From the NCBI GenBank assembly GCA_026936335.1, contig JAPMXV010000062.1, positions 124,001 through 188,000 on the forward strand: a stretch of DNA of 64,000 nt, written 5' to 3'. Below the pieces are notes generated by a model, which saw only the letters and a list, made by a program, of their open reading frames with translations, made no database searches and was not told where the DNA came from. Both the position numbers and the translations under genes were made by a program. The stretch comes from Mantamonas sphyraenae STR306 (taxonomy: Eukaryota; Protista; CRuMs). Each line of letters begins with the position of its first letter. The first letter of the stretch is position 1. Positions 44,531-56,815 of the stretch are shown piece after piece.

Positions 44531-47500
44531 TCACACCACGTCGTCCAGACGCTTCTTCTTGCGCTTCTTCTTCTTCTTTTGTTGCTGCTTGGGGTCTTCG
44601 TCATCGGTGTTGCTGTTGCCGTCGTCTGCGGGCAGGTCCTCCATTGGCGGCGGGGCAAACGTCTGCTGTCCGCCCTCCACGTCGGCTTCCATCGGAGCAG
44701 AAGCCGCCGCCGCCGCCGCCGAAGGACCACTGGCAGCGGGAGGTGGCGGCAGCGCAGGCATGTCACCCTCATCGTCATCATCGTCGTCATCGTCGGCTGC
44801 AGGAGGAGGCGGCGGACGCACATCGTCTTGTTCATCTTCGGTCATGACATCCATCTCGGGGGCATTGTCATTGGCTCCGGCATCCACGTCAGCCTCGGTC
44901 TCTGTTTCCGCCTCTGTCTCCGTCTCGATGGCATCTTCCAGGACAATGAGCGGCTTGCGGCGCTTCTTCTTGCGCCGTGCGGTGCCCTTTCCTTCGTCAT
45001 CGTCGCCTTCGCCTCGTTTGCGTTGATCCTCCTTGCGCTGTTTGTCGGAACGGACGAGTCCCGGGGCCATGAGTTCCTGCAGGGCAATGTCCTCCTGCTC
45101 CAGCGAGTCGTCGGTGCCTGTGTCCACCTTGGCGCCGGCTGGCAGCTTGCCCTCCTTGCGCATGCGGCGGTGCTTGACATAGATGCGAGCCTGGTTGACG
45201 GCAATGCCGATGCCAAACAGGCCGACGCCCACGTTGATGACCACCATGGTGATGCCAAACACGGAACGCACCTCGTCCTTGAGGGTGCCGCTCTCGTCGG
45301 CAATCTGCAGCATGCCACCCAGCATGAGGGTGAAGAACATGCAAAACAGGGCGGAGCAGCGCAGGTAGTACGATTGGCGCCTGTTGAACGGCTTCAGGTG
45401 CATGTTGACCAGCAGGAACATGAGAGGCAGCATGCACCCGATGAGCATCTGTACAAAGCTGCCACGTGCCACCACCGCCATGAGTCCCACCATGAGGAAG
45501 CGGTTGAACAGGGTGGGGGCCTCGAAGAAATACAGCGACGGGCGGTACGACAGCACGAGGAACCCGTACGAGGCCAGCGTCTCCTTCTTGCTCAGATTCT
45601 TGCGGTTGCGGAACAAGACAATGGCAATGGCCAGGGGCAGGCCCACACTGTGGATGCCAATCATGAGGAGGACATACCAGAAGAAGGCCTGGTACTCGGC
45701 CGACTCACAGCGGATGGTGAAATCGGCCTCCAGGTACGACTCGCCCGTGCGGATCTCTGTGCAGGAAAAGTACTGGAAGAGACGCACACAGACGGTGGGA
45801 TAGGTGAGGATCCACACGATGAGGACCACCCGACGTGTGGCGTTTCGATAGTGGGCCTTTGTCTGCTGGCGCCATTGGGTGTGTCCCATGCGCTTGCGCA
45901 CAAAGCGGTACACCTTGATGCCCGCCCACACCGTAAACATGACCACGAGGGGCGACAGGGTGACAATGAACAGGCCGTCGTAGTACGTCCACCGGGAGGC
46001 GGAGAGACACTCGACGCCGGAGAAGCGCATGACGTCGAGGAGGACGATGCTGATGCTCTGCATGTAGGTGACAAACTGTTCGGGCCATCGGATGCGATAG
46101 GTGCTGTTGTACAGGGATACGACCTGGAAGAAGCCCAGGAGGATCTTGTAGTTTGTGAGCTGGCCCTGGCTCTTGTTGTTGAACATGTACACGAGGGCCA
46201 GGACGACCATACCCAACAGCAGCGCCAGGGTGATTTGGCTGAGCACCGGGTCGGGACACACAATGCATCGGTCGTTGCTCTCGTAGTGGGTGGGCAGACA
46301 CACGGCACACAACACACCCTGGTAGCCCTCCTTGCACTGGGACGAGTTGGTGCCCTGCTGGCACGAGTCCTTGGGACACTGCAGCACTTTGATGCCGTTG
46401 CCATCCGTGACGGCAAAGAAGCCCGCCTGCACTTCCACCGATGCGCCGCCCGTGTTGCACGTCAATCCCGCGGCACACTGCACGCACTCAAACGTGTCCG
46501 TGCGGCCGGCCACATCGCGACGATAGTAGCCCGTGGCACAGAGACAGTTGCCAAGGGCACGAGAGCCCGTGGCCAGGCGAGTGTTGGCGTTGGTGGGACA
46601 GGCACTGCACGGGAAGTTGCCTGCGCTGTTCTTGTACGTGTCTGGCGGACACACGTCACACAGGGGCGTGGAACTGGTGTCTGCGGTGCCGTAGCCGCTC
46701 CTGCACGTGCAATTGGTGCGCTCGCGGTTGGAGAAGGAACCTTCGTTGCAGGCGAGACAGGTGGTGGCACCGACCTGCTGGTTGATGGAGTTGGCCACGC
46801 AGGGTTCGCAGGACGAGGCCGCGGCGCTGGCAGAAAAGGTGCCCACGGGACAGTCGAGACAGGTTGTGTTGGAGACGGCAAAGGAGCCTGCGGCGCAACG
46901 CAGACACGAGGTGCGTCCCTGCTCGCCCGAAACAAAGCCCGACTCGCACGGCGTGCACGCAGTGACGCCGCTGATCTGGTTGAACGTGCCCACGGGACAC
47001 AGCGTGCAGACGTCGGAGCCGTTGAGAAACTGGCCGCCAGGACACGCGGAACACTGCAGGGCGGCGGTGTTGGCGGCGGTAAAGGTGCCCGTGGGACAGG
47101 CGGCGCATGTGGGCTGGCCCACACGCGGCTGATGGAAGTTGACGGCACAGGCGACACAGCTGGTGCTCTCGTTCTGCGACTGATACTTGCCTGCGTCGCA
47201 CTGTTGGCACTGGGTGGCCCCCGTGCTGGCGCTAAAGGTGCCCGGCCCGCAGGGGAGACAGGAGGTGGCACGCAGGGTGTCGCTGTACTTGCCTGCGGGA
47301 CACTGGAGGCAGCCCACCGCCTTGTTGCCCGGATTGTACGTGCCACGTGCACATTCCTTGCACCCGGAACTGCCCGGGTTGTCCTGGTACAGACCCTTGC
47401 CACACTCGAGGCAACCGGTGCTGCGTGTGGCGTTGACGTAGTGACCCACCGCACAATCTTGGCACTGGCGAAGGCCCCGCTGATCCGCAAACTTGCCCGG

Positions 47501-50500
47501 CACACACTCGGCACATCCGTTCTTCAGCGTACCATCGTTGGCCGTGCCCAACGCACAATCCTGGCAATCGCCAAGCGTGACATTGCCAAACTTGCCCGCC
47601 ACACACGTTTCACATCGTGTTGCACCGCCTGTGGACGGCGTAAACGTGCCCGTGGCACACGGCGTGCATGCAGACGCACCCAAACGATCGCTGTACGTGC
47701 CTGGGGCACACAGATCGCAAATGCGCGATTTGTTGCTGCTCGCCGCACGTCCTGTGGGACACAGCAGACACTGGGTCTGTCCCGTGTCCGACGTGTAGTT
47801 GCCCGCGGCACAGGGCAGACACGAGGTGGCACCCACCACGGTGGAGTAGGTGCCTGCTTCGCAGCGCACACACGACAGCTGTCCCGTGTCTTCTTGGTAC
47901 TCACCCGCAGGGCATGCCACACACGACGAACTGCCCTGGTCTTCCGCAGCCGAGCCTCGGGGACACGACAGGCACAGGGACTGGCCCGGGTCCTTTTGGA
48001 ACTGGCCGGGCGAACACTTGCTGCACGCCGTCGCGCCGGCCACGTTGGTGAACGATCCCGAAGTGCAGTTGGTGCATGAGGTCTGTCCCACCACCCCGTT
48101 GGCCTTGCCCACGGGGCAGGCGGTGCACGCAACACTTCCATGTGCGGCGGTGAAGGAGCCCAGCTGACACTGCAGGCACGATGTCGATCCGGTGGCAGAT
48201 GTAAAGTTGCCAGGTCCACACTGCATGCACTGTGTGGCGCCCGTGTTGTTGCTAAACTTGCCTGCTTCGCATCGTCGCACGACAATCGACCCGGTTCGTC
48301 CTGGTAGTGACCTGTGGTGCACGGGGTGCACACGGAGCTGCCCTGGTCCTCAGCCACCGTGCCCTTGGGGCAATCGTAGCATGTGGTCTCGCCTGTGGTG
48401 TTCATGAAACGACCAGGCGCACACTTGGAGCATGCTGTGGAGCCGGCAGTGCTTGCAAACGTGCCGGTGGCACAAGGAAAGCAGGCGGTGGCACCCAACA
48501 CGTTGCCAAAGGTCCCGGCGGGGCACGGCGTGCATGTGCGGCTGCCATTGCCGGCTGCAAACGTACCCAGCGGGCATTGGGTGCACGAGGTGGAGCCTGT
48601 GTCGGAGGTGAAGTTGCCCGGCGGGCACTGGGTGCACACAACGGCGCCCGTGTCGTTGTTGTACGAGCCCGCAGGACAGCGATCGCACGAAAGCTGACCG
48701 ACCTTGGATTGGAAGAGACCAGGAGCACAGGCAGAACACTCGGAAGTGCCCTGATCCTCGGCCACTGTGCCCACGGGGCAAGGTTCGCACTGTTGCTGAC
48801 CCTGCGCAGATTGGTAGCGACCGGGAGCGCACGGAGAGCATCGGATGGCGCCCGTGGTGGACGAAAACGTGCCCGTGGAGCAGTTGAAGCACGCCGTGAG
48901 GCCAAACACCGGTCCATACATGCCGAGAGGGCACGAGGTACACGTGACTGAACCGTTGGACGGCGTGAATGTGCCCAGTGGGCACTGTTGACAGGCGGTG
49001 CGTCCGGGGGCAGAGGAAAAGTTACCTGGGGGACACTGTGTGCAGGCACGCCCAGCGGTGGCGTTGCTATACTCTCCAGCCTGGCATGCATCGCATGTGA
49101 GACGACGTGTGGCAGGCTGCACGGTACCCGGGGCACAGTCTGTGCATCCGGTGTTGCCCAGACCGCTTGCATACTTGCCCGAGGGGCAATCGGAGCATGT
49201 GCCCTGGCCACCGCTGACCTTGAACGTGCCCGGATCGCACTGCTGACACGCAGTGGCACCGGTGACGGAGAAACTGCCCGGAGTGCAATCGGAACACTGC
49301 AGGGCACCGGTGGTGTCGCTGTAGGTGCCGGCTGTGCAAAAGGGGCATGCGTTGGCTTGTGTGGCGTTGCTGGCGGTGCCTGCCGCACATGGCTTGCACG
49401 TTGACTGGCCTGTGCCATCCTGGAAGGAGCCGGTTTCGCATGCAAAGCACTCGGTGAGTCCCGTGCTGTTGCTAAACTTGCCCTGAGGACACAGCGAGCA
49501 GGAGCGCAGGCCCGTGGTGTCACCAAACTTGCCCTTTTCGCACAGGGTGCAGTTGGCGGCAACATCCTCCAGGTTGGACGTGCCCTTGGGACACTCCTTG
49601 CAGCCTCCCGAAGCGGCGTCGCCATAGCGTCCGGGGCCACAGGATTCGCATCGCGTGGCTCCGCCGTTGCCTGCGGTGAATGTGTTTGCGGCACAGGGCG
49701 TACACACCTTGGCCCCTTCCGTGTCGCTGTACTTGCCTGTCTCGCACAGAGGGCACGTGCCCGTGCCAGTTTTGTTGGATGCACGCCCGGCGGGGCACTT
49801 GAGACACGCGGTGGAGCCCAGGTTGGTTGTGTAGTTGCCCGCAGCGCAATCAACACACGCCGTGGCACCCACTGCGGTCGTGTACGTTCCGGCTAGGCAG
49901 CGCACACACGACAGCTGGCCCGTCTGGTCCTGGAAGTTACCCGGTGTGCATTCGGCACACGATGAGCTGCCCTGTGCAGAGGCCGCCGAGCCTCGGGGAC
50001 ACGACAGACAGAAGGTCTGGCCTGGATCCTTTTGGAACTGGCCGGGCGAGCACTTGCTGCATGCCGTCGCGCCGGCCACGTTGGTGAACGATCCCGAAGT
50101 GCAGTTGGTGCACGAGGTCTGTCCCACCACCCCGTTGGCCTTGCCCACGGGGCAGGCGGTGCACGCAACACTTCCGTTTGCCACTGTAAAGGTGCCCAGC
50201 TGACACTGCAGGCACGATGTCGATCCTGTGTCGGATGTAAAGTTGCCAGGTCCACACTGCATGCACTGTGTGGCGCCCGTGTTGTTGCTAAACTTGCCTG
50301 CTTCGCATCGTACGCACGACAGCTGCCTTTCCTGTGCCTGGTACTCTCCCTCGGCGCAGGAGGTGCACGACGAACTGCCCTGGTCCTTTGCAGACGTGCC
50401 CTTGGGGCAGTTGATGCAGAACGTTTGGCCGCCATCCGGTTGGAATGTTCCCGGTGCACACTGGGAGCACTGCGTGGAACCGGCGGTGGTGGTAAAGGTT

Positions 50501-53500
50501 CCCTTGGAGCAGTTGAAGCAGGCGGTGAGGCCAATCACATTGCCAAACATACCCGCGGGGCATGGAGTGCATGCGAAGCTGCCGTTGGACGCCGTGTATG
50601 TGCCTGCGGGACATTGCGTGCACTTTGTGGAGCCTGCATCGGACGTGAAGTTGCCTGGCGGGCAGTCCGCACACGTGGTGGCAGCGTACTCGTTGTTGTA
50701 CTTGCCAGCCTCACAACGCGTGCACACACGACCACCCTTGGATGCGATGAACTCACCCGGGTTGCACGACGTACACGTCTCACTGCCTTGTCCGTCCGCC
50801 ACCGTGCCCTTCTCACACTCGAGACAATCCGTCGCACCCGTCGCATTCTGGTATCGGCCAGGCGCACAGAACGCACACGTGGTGGCGCCACTGCTGCTCG
50901 TAAACTTACCTGTGCCGCAATCCAGACATGAAGTGCGGCCGTTGAAGGGGCCATACTTGCCTGCCACGCATGCGGGACAAGTCGTGGTGGCCACCTGGTC
51001 GGTGGCCGAGCCTGTGGGGCACAGTTCGCAGGAAGTTTTGCCTGTGGAGGACATGAATCTTCCGGTGGAGCAGTTGGAACAGCTGGTGGCTGCTGTGCTT
51101 TGTCCCACCTTGCCCGTGGGGCAATCGATGCACTGGAGTTGTCCCTGATCCGGTTGGTACGTGCCCTTGCTGCACGAGCTGCACGAGGTGAGCCCCCCAG
51201 AAGGCGCAACCTCACCCTTGCCGCACGGCTGACAGGATGTTTGTCCCGGATCGGCCTGGAAGCGTCCAGGAGCGCAATCCGTGCACACAGACGCTCCACC
51301 GGTGGACGTGAACGTGCCTGCAGAGCAGTTGACACACACTGTCAACCCGGTCACCGGCCCAAACTTGCCCACGGGGCAGCTTGAGCACGCGATGCTGCCG
51401 TTCGCCGCTGTAAAGGTGCCCAGAGGACACTGCAAACAGGCCTGCTCGCCCGTGTCCGACGTGTAGTTGCCTGGTGGGCACAGAGCACACTGCGTGGCAC
51501 CAGTCACGTTGCTGTAGCTTCCTGACGGGCATGCCAGGCACGACAGCTGCCTTTCCTGTGCCTGGTACTCTCCCTCGGCGCAGGAGGTGCACGACGAACT
51601 GCCCTGGTCCTTTGCAGACGTGCCCTTGGGGCAGTTGATGCAGAACGTTTGGCCGCCATCCGGTTGGAATGTTCCCGGTGCACACTGGGAGCACTGCGTG
51701 GAACCAGCGGTGGTGGTAAACGTTCCCTTGGAGCAGTTGAAGCAGGCGGTGAGGCCAATCACATTGCCAAACATACCCGCGGGGCATGGAGTGCATGCGA
51801 AGCTGCCGTTGGACGCCGTGTATGTGCCTGCGGGACATTGCGTGCACGAGGTCTGTTTTGTATCGGACGTGTAGTTGCCAGGGGGGCACTCGATGCACGT
51901 GGTTGCACTCGTTGCGTTGCTGTACTTGCCAGACTCGCACGAGATGCACGTTTGCTGGCGTTCGTCGGATTGGTACTCGCCCGGTGCGCAATTCACGCAG
52001 GACGATCGACCTTGGAACGGCATCTTTGTGCCCACGGGGCAGTTGAGGCAGGCCACTTGCCCTTCCACGGGTTGGTACTCGCCCGGTGCACACTGGGAGC
52101 ACTGGGTAGAGCCAGCTGTGGTGGAAAAGGTGCCCTTGGAGCAGTTGAAGCAGGCTGTGAGCCCCACCACATCGCCGTACTTGCCCGCTGGGCAGGCAGT
52201 GCATGCATTACTGCCATTGGTGGCTGTGAACGAGCCTGCAGGGCACTGTTTGCACGAAGTCTGCCGTGTATCGGACGTGTAGTTGCCGGGCGGGCACTCG
52301 ATGCATGTGGTGGCACGTGTGGAATTGCTGTACTTGCCCGCCTCGCAGTCGGTGCATGCCTGCTGGCCCGTTTGCTTCTGATACTGACCAGGTACGCATT
52401 CGGTGCACACAGCCTTGCCCTGGAATGGCATTGCTGTGCCCTCTGCACACGGATCGCATCCAGTGCCGCCAGTGTTTGGCTGCACCGTGCCTGGAGCACA
52501 TGAGGAGCATTTGCGCGTGGCCTCATTGGTTGCAAAGTCGCCCGCTGCACACTTGACGCACTGTGTCTGGCCCTGCTGGTCCTGGTAGTGGCCGCGTTCG
52601 CAGTCTGTGCACGCTGCGTTACCGGTCGTGTTGCTGAACTTGCCAAATGTGCAGAGTTCGCACTTGGTTTGGCCTGTCGATGGTTGCGAGTACCGAGGCG
52701 GACACTGCATGCACGCCGTCTGGTTGGTCTGGTTCTGGAAAGTGCCTGTGTCGCACGAGATGCAGGTCAGCTGCCCAATGTCCGGCTGGTACTTGCCGGC
52801 CAGGCATGCATAGCATGAGGTGAAGCCCAGGCTGGGCGCAACAGCGCCCTTGGGGCAGGGTGTGCACGATGTGGCACCAAAGTTGTTGTTGTACGTGCCC
52901 GGCAGGCACTCGGTGCACTCTTTGGCACCCTGGCCGGAGGCAAACTTGCCCGGTCTGCATTGCACACACGACGTGGACGTGGTATTGTCCTGGTACTTGC
53001 CGGCTTCGCAAACAGTACAGGTCAGAGAGCCATACTTGTTTGCATACGTTCCTGCTTCGCACGAGGTGCAGTTGGCAGACCCGATGGCATCCTGCGCTGT
53101 CCCCGGCTCACAAGGCAGACATGAGCTTGCGCCGGTGACGTTGGTGTACGTGCCGCCCAGGCAGTTGGGGCACTGTACCGTGCGGTTGTTGGCGGTGAAC
53201 GTGCCTATACCACACGACAGACACGCTGTCTGTCCTTCCTCTTCTGCATACTGTCCCTCGCGGCAGGGATCGCACGATGTCGTGCCAGCATGGCCAAACT
53301 TGCAGTCGGTGCATGTTGTGGCACCCACGCGGTCTGCGGTCTGCCCTGCTGGACAGGTGAGACATGAGGCCGCTGAAGTGGCTCCTGCTGACGTGCTGTA
53401 CTTGCCCGTGGGACAATTGAGGCACGTTGCGATGCCGTTGGAAAAGCCACCAAAGGTACCTGCTGTGCACACGTCGCAGTATGCACCATCTGTGCCCAGC

Positions 53501-56500
53501 GGACACGGGGTTGCATCTGTGTTGACCTGTCGCGTCAGCGGCTCGTAACCCATGTTGTCAGCGCCGCCAAAGCTGTCGATTCCCGTTCCCAGCTGCCCAA
53601 AGGCGTTGTTGCCCCAGGCAAAGACACTACCGCCCACAGTGACACCGACGACGTGGTCCCAGCCAATCTCTACGGAGGAGATGGCATAAGGCACACGGGT
53701 ATTGGCGGGAGAATCCACAGCGTAGCCAAAGCCGCTGGTGGCGTGGATTTGGAAGCCAATCTCGTTGGCTTGGAATGTCAGTCTTCCCAGGTACTTGGAG
53801 ACGCCTCCCTGGTCTGGGATCTGGCCTTCGTTCCCCCTGCCCCAACATTGCACCTGGAGGGTGACGGCGACGATGCAGTACGAGTTGTTGTGCATGTTGC
53901 TGCCTGTGATGCGAGCAATGTTCGGATTCCCGGTCATGAATCCGGAAACCGGATCATGGCTTCCACCAAGCTTGTAACGGTGTGCACTGTTGTTCGGGTC
54001 GGAGTAACCACGGCTTTCACCTGAGCACTCGATTTGGTTGTCATTGTAGACCACGCACGTGCTCTTTCCCGAGTTGGCCCACTTGTCGGTGGCAATCATC
54101 GTGTCAATGCGCCATCCATCGAACGGGTTATCGTTGAGTCCTGTGGCAGTCTTGACGCCGTTCGCTGTGCCAACACCAACCGGATTAAGGTTTTCGACCG
54201 AGCCTTGCCTTCGCCAGGATTGGCCGTAGTCGTTGGCGCCCCAGTAGAGGAGTTTGCCGTTCGTCGTGCGGCCTGTGACCCAGTTTTCGCCGCACTGCAC
54301 CTCCGTAAACTGAGTGCTAATTTTCACCGGTTCCGCTGCGGAGATGTTTCGTGTGTCTGTCGAGTCGATGCCCAGCTGGCCGACGTCGTTGGGTCCCCAA
54401 CAGCGGATTTGCTGTGATGTTTGCAGAAGGACACACTTGAAGGGTAATGCTTGGCTTGTCCCCCCGATGCACATGTCGGCCACGGGTTCTCCAAAGTTGT
54501 GCGACTCCTGTGGTGTTTCTGTGAAGCCATCGTTGGGTCCGAAGCAACTGACGGTGTTGAACCCGAGGACCATACAATTGACATGGCCCATGTACACTTC
54601 CGTGATAGCGAGGGTCGGGGTGGTGAACGACTCGAGAAAGGCCAAGTTGTTGCCCATGTCGACAGCAGGGACCTGGCCCGTGTTTGCTGTGAGGCCTCGA
54701 CCAAAGCAACGCCAGCCCGTGGCTCCGGTCAGAGCGGGATCGAACGCCACCGTATGCACACAGGTAGTGGCGGAACCCGCACGCACCTTGGTCACCTTGA
54801 CGGGGCGCATGACGGGTAGCGGTGGGATCGAGTCGCCAACGCTGCTGTCGGTGGTGCCTTGGTCACCACGCACGGTACCGAGCTGGAAACGCCTGTTCCT
54901 GCCGATGCATTTGATTTGACCCGAGGCGAGGACAACGCAAGTTGCGTCTGTGCCTGCAGTGGCTTTGACAACTGTGCTGCCCCAGTTGACAGGCTGCAAG
55001 TTGTCGCCCATGTCTGCTGCAACGGTGCCCACCGTGCGCCCGCTTCCACCGAGACCACATGCAAGCTTGCAATCGCCCCAACAGGTCATGTTGCCCGAGG
55101 TAGTGACGACGCAGACGTGGCCGCTGCCAATGGTGAGGGAGGCGGGCTGGCCAAAGTGTGTGGGCAGATTGACGAGCTTACCCTTGTTCGTGTTGGTGTC
55201 TGTCTCAGCAACAGCATCCCCACGTCCCAGGATGCCCTTTGTGTTGACACCCAGGCAGCGGACGCCCCTGGACGAGTCAGCCTCGTGGGTGATGAAGCAC
55301 GACACCTTTTCACCCAGAGCCACCGAGTACACGCCCGTCGGGGCCGGTGCCTCAAATGCTGATGCCAAGTCCATGGCGGTGTCACCTGCATAGGCGTCTG
55401 TAGCGGGTCGTGCCATCCAGGATCCCGCGTAGCCGAAGCATCGCGGGATTCCCGGCAATGACGTGTCGGCCTCGACGACGCAGGTGAACTGGTAACCGAC
55501 GGCGAGGGCGAGCACATGCTTGGAGGTGTCGAGATTGGCCGCCTCTTGGATGGCACCACGGAACTGCGGCCCAACGATCTGCTGGACGGGTTGACCACAC
55601 GCTCCGGTGATTGCACCGTTCATGTTGCCGTAGATTTGGTTGGTTCCCCAGCACGCGGCTCCGTCCTTGCCAGCACCGCCATTGCGCTTGAAAGTGGCGC
55701 ACATGTGTTGGGCGTTGAAGTAGCTGCTTGCCAGCATCTTCCAGCCCGAAGCGGCGACCGCGGATCCGAGCAATGTCACATTACCTGCGGTGGAGCCAAG
55801 ATTATCAACAGAGTTACCAGGATGCACCCCTTGGGTCTTGCCGCTGTCTCCGTGGTTGTTTCCGTTGCCCAGGCTGCGGATGGAGCCGTGGCCGAGGGTG
55901 TCGATCAGAAAGTAGGTGTTCTGTGCCCCAGCGGCCATCTGTTTGAGAATTCCCGTCTCAATGGGGGAAACAAACTGAGCTGTGTTCATCTGGCCAATGG
56001 GAGGAAGCACTGCATTGTCCACACCCTGTCCGAGGACGCCGTTTGTGTTGCTCCTGCGTACACCAGCAACATTTCCGAAACATGATTGGGCAACCGTGTG
56101 TGTGAGCTGGGTGTGCCAATGTCACGTGTGTGTGTGTGGAGTATGGGCGCACGCAAGACAAATGGACAGCGATGCAACCCTGGCACACAGAGGGGAAAGC
56201 GTGCGCGCGGCCGTTTCGCGCAGAAAAAACCCCCAGGACATTTCCAAATCGGGAATTTGCAATTCCCGTGTCGCACAGCTTGCGCTGCCTGTACTTGCAT
56301 AGATGCAGTACAGAGGCACACAATGTCTTTGAAATGCACTCTCGGGGGCAGGGGGCGAGTTGCACGGATGCTGCATGCCGAATACATGCATATGGGTCCT
56401 GTAGAGACTACGGGCGCCCCAAAGGCGGCAAAAGCGTGCAGAGGGAAACTGCGCACGGTGCAGATCGATGCAAAAAGAGCCGGTCAGCAAGGCGAAACAT

Positions 56501-56699
56501 ACCCCCAGCACTGTACGTTGTGTACCGAGTCGGTGAGGTGTGCACATCCATAGTCTGAACCTAGGTGCACTCCCATCTTTGCTGTGTTTAGGGCTGCCGC
56601 GCCAAAGTGGGCGAGCAGCAGCAGTAGCAGAGCGATGTGCACTACGTGCCTCGCTCGCCTTTGGCTGCTGTGTGTACAGGTGTGTGTCCTGAAGTCCAT
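44531..56699 (-). CDS. Giant (~3900 aa) surface receptor: signal peptide, RCC1/BLIP-II repeats, >100 Cys-rich 17-aa repeats, multipass TM domain, acidic/basic tail; intron 56502-56054; 1-nt deletion frameshift at about 48275
   Basis: IALLLLLLAHFGAAA signal; CWG.N..GQLG RCC1 motifs; C.AG.[YF].....G...C.. units; KILLGFFQV...WP, YP......F.YFSC, YLEADF.I.C, YGFL...YR...YFFE, KPF TM block common in protist receptors. Confidence 0.88.
47949..48284. repeat. ~335-bp intragenic direct repeat, partner 49985-50321
   Basis: High nucleotide identity (roughly 90-95% by eye), offset 2036. Confidence 0.9.
50314..50623. repeat. 310-bp intragenic direct repeat, partner 51538-51847
   Basis: Two mismatches found by eye, both synonymous; offset 1224 = 3 x 408 bp. 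Confidence 0.95.
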
Positions 56700-56815
56700 G
56701 ATGCTGGGCCGACAGGAGCGGGGATGGTTTGATTTTGACACCACAGCGGCGCCATCTCGCACGCAAGACAAACGGAGACACATGTCATGTGACTTGTGGA
56801 ATCAAGATGTGTTTC

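Noticed and set aside
47524-48274. Arg/Ala/Pro-rich C-terminus of the 2832-aa ORF as a real domain
   Set aside because: It is the out-of-frame reading of Cys repeats after the 1-nt deletion.
46700-53510. CRISPR-like or non-coding repeat array
   Set aside because: The 51-bp periodicity is protein-coding with synonymous variation and has no repeat-spacer structure.
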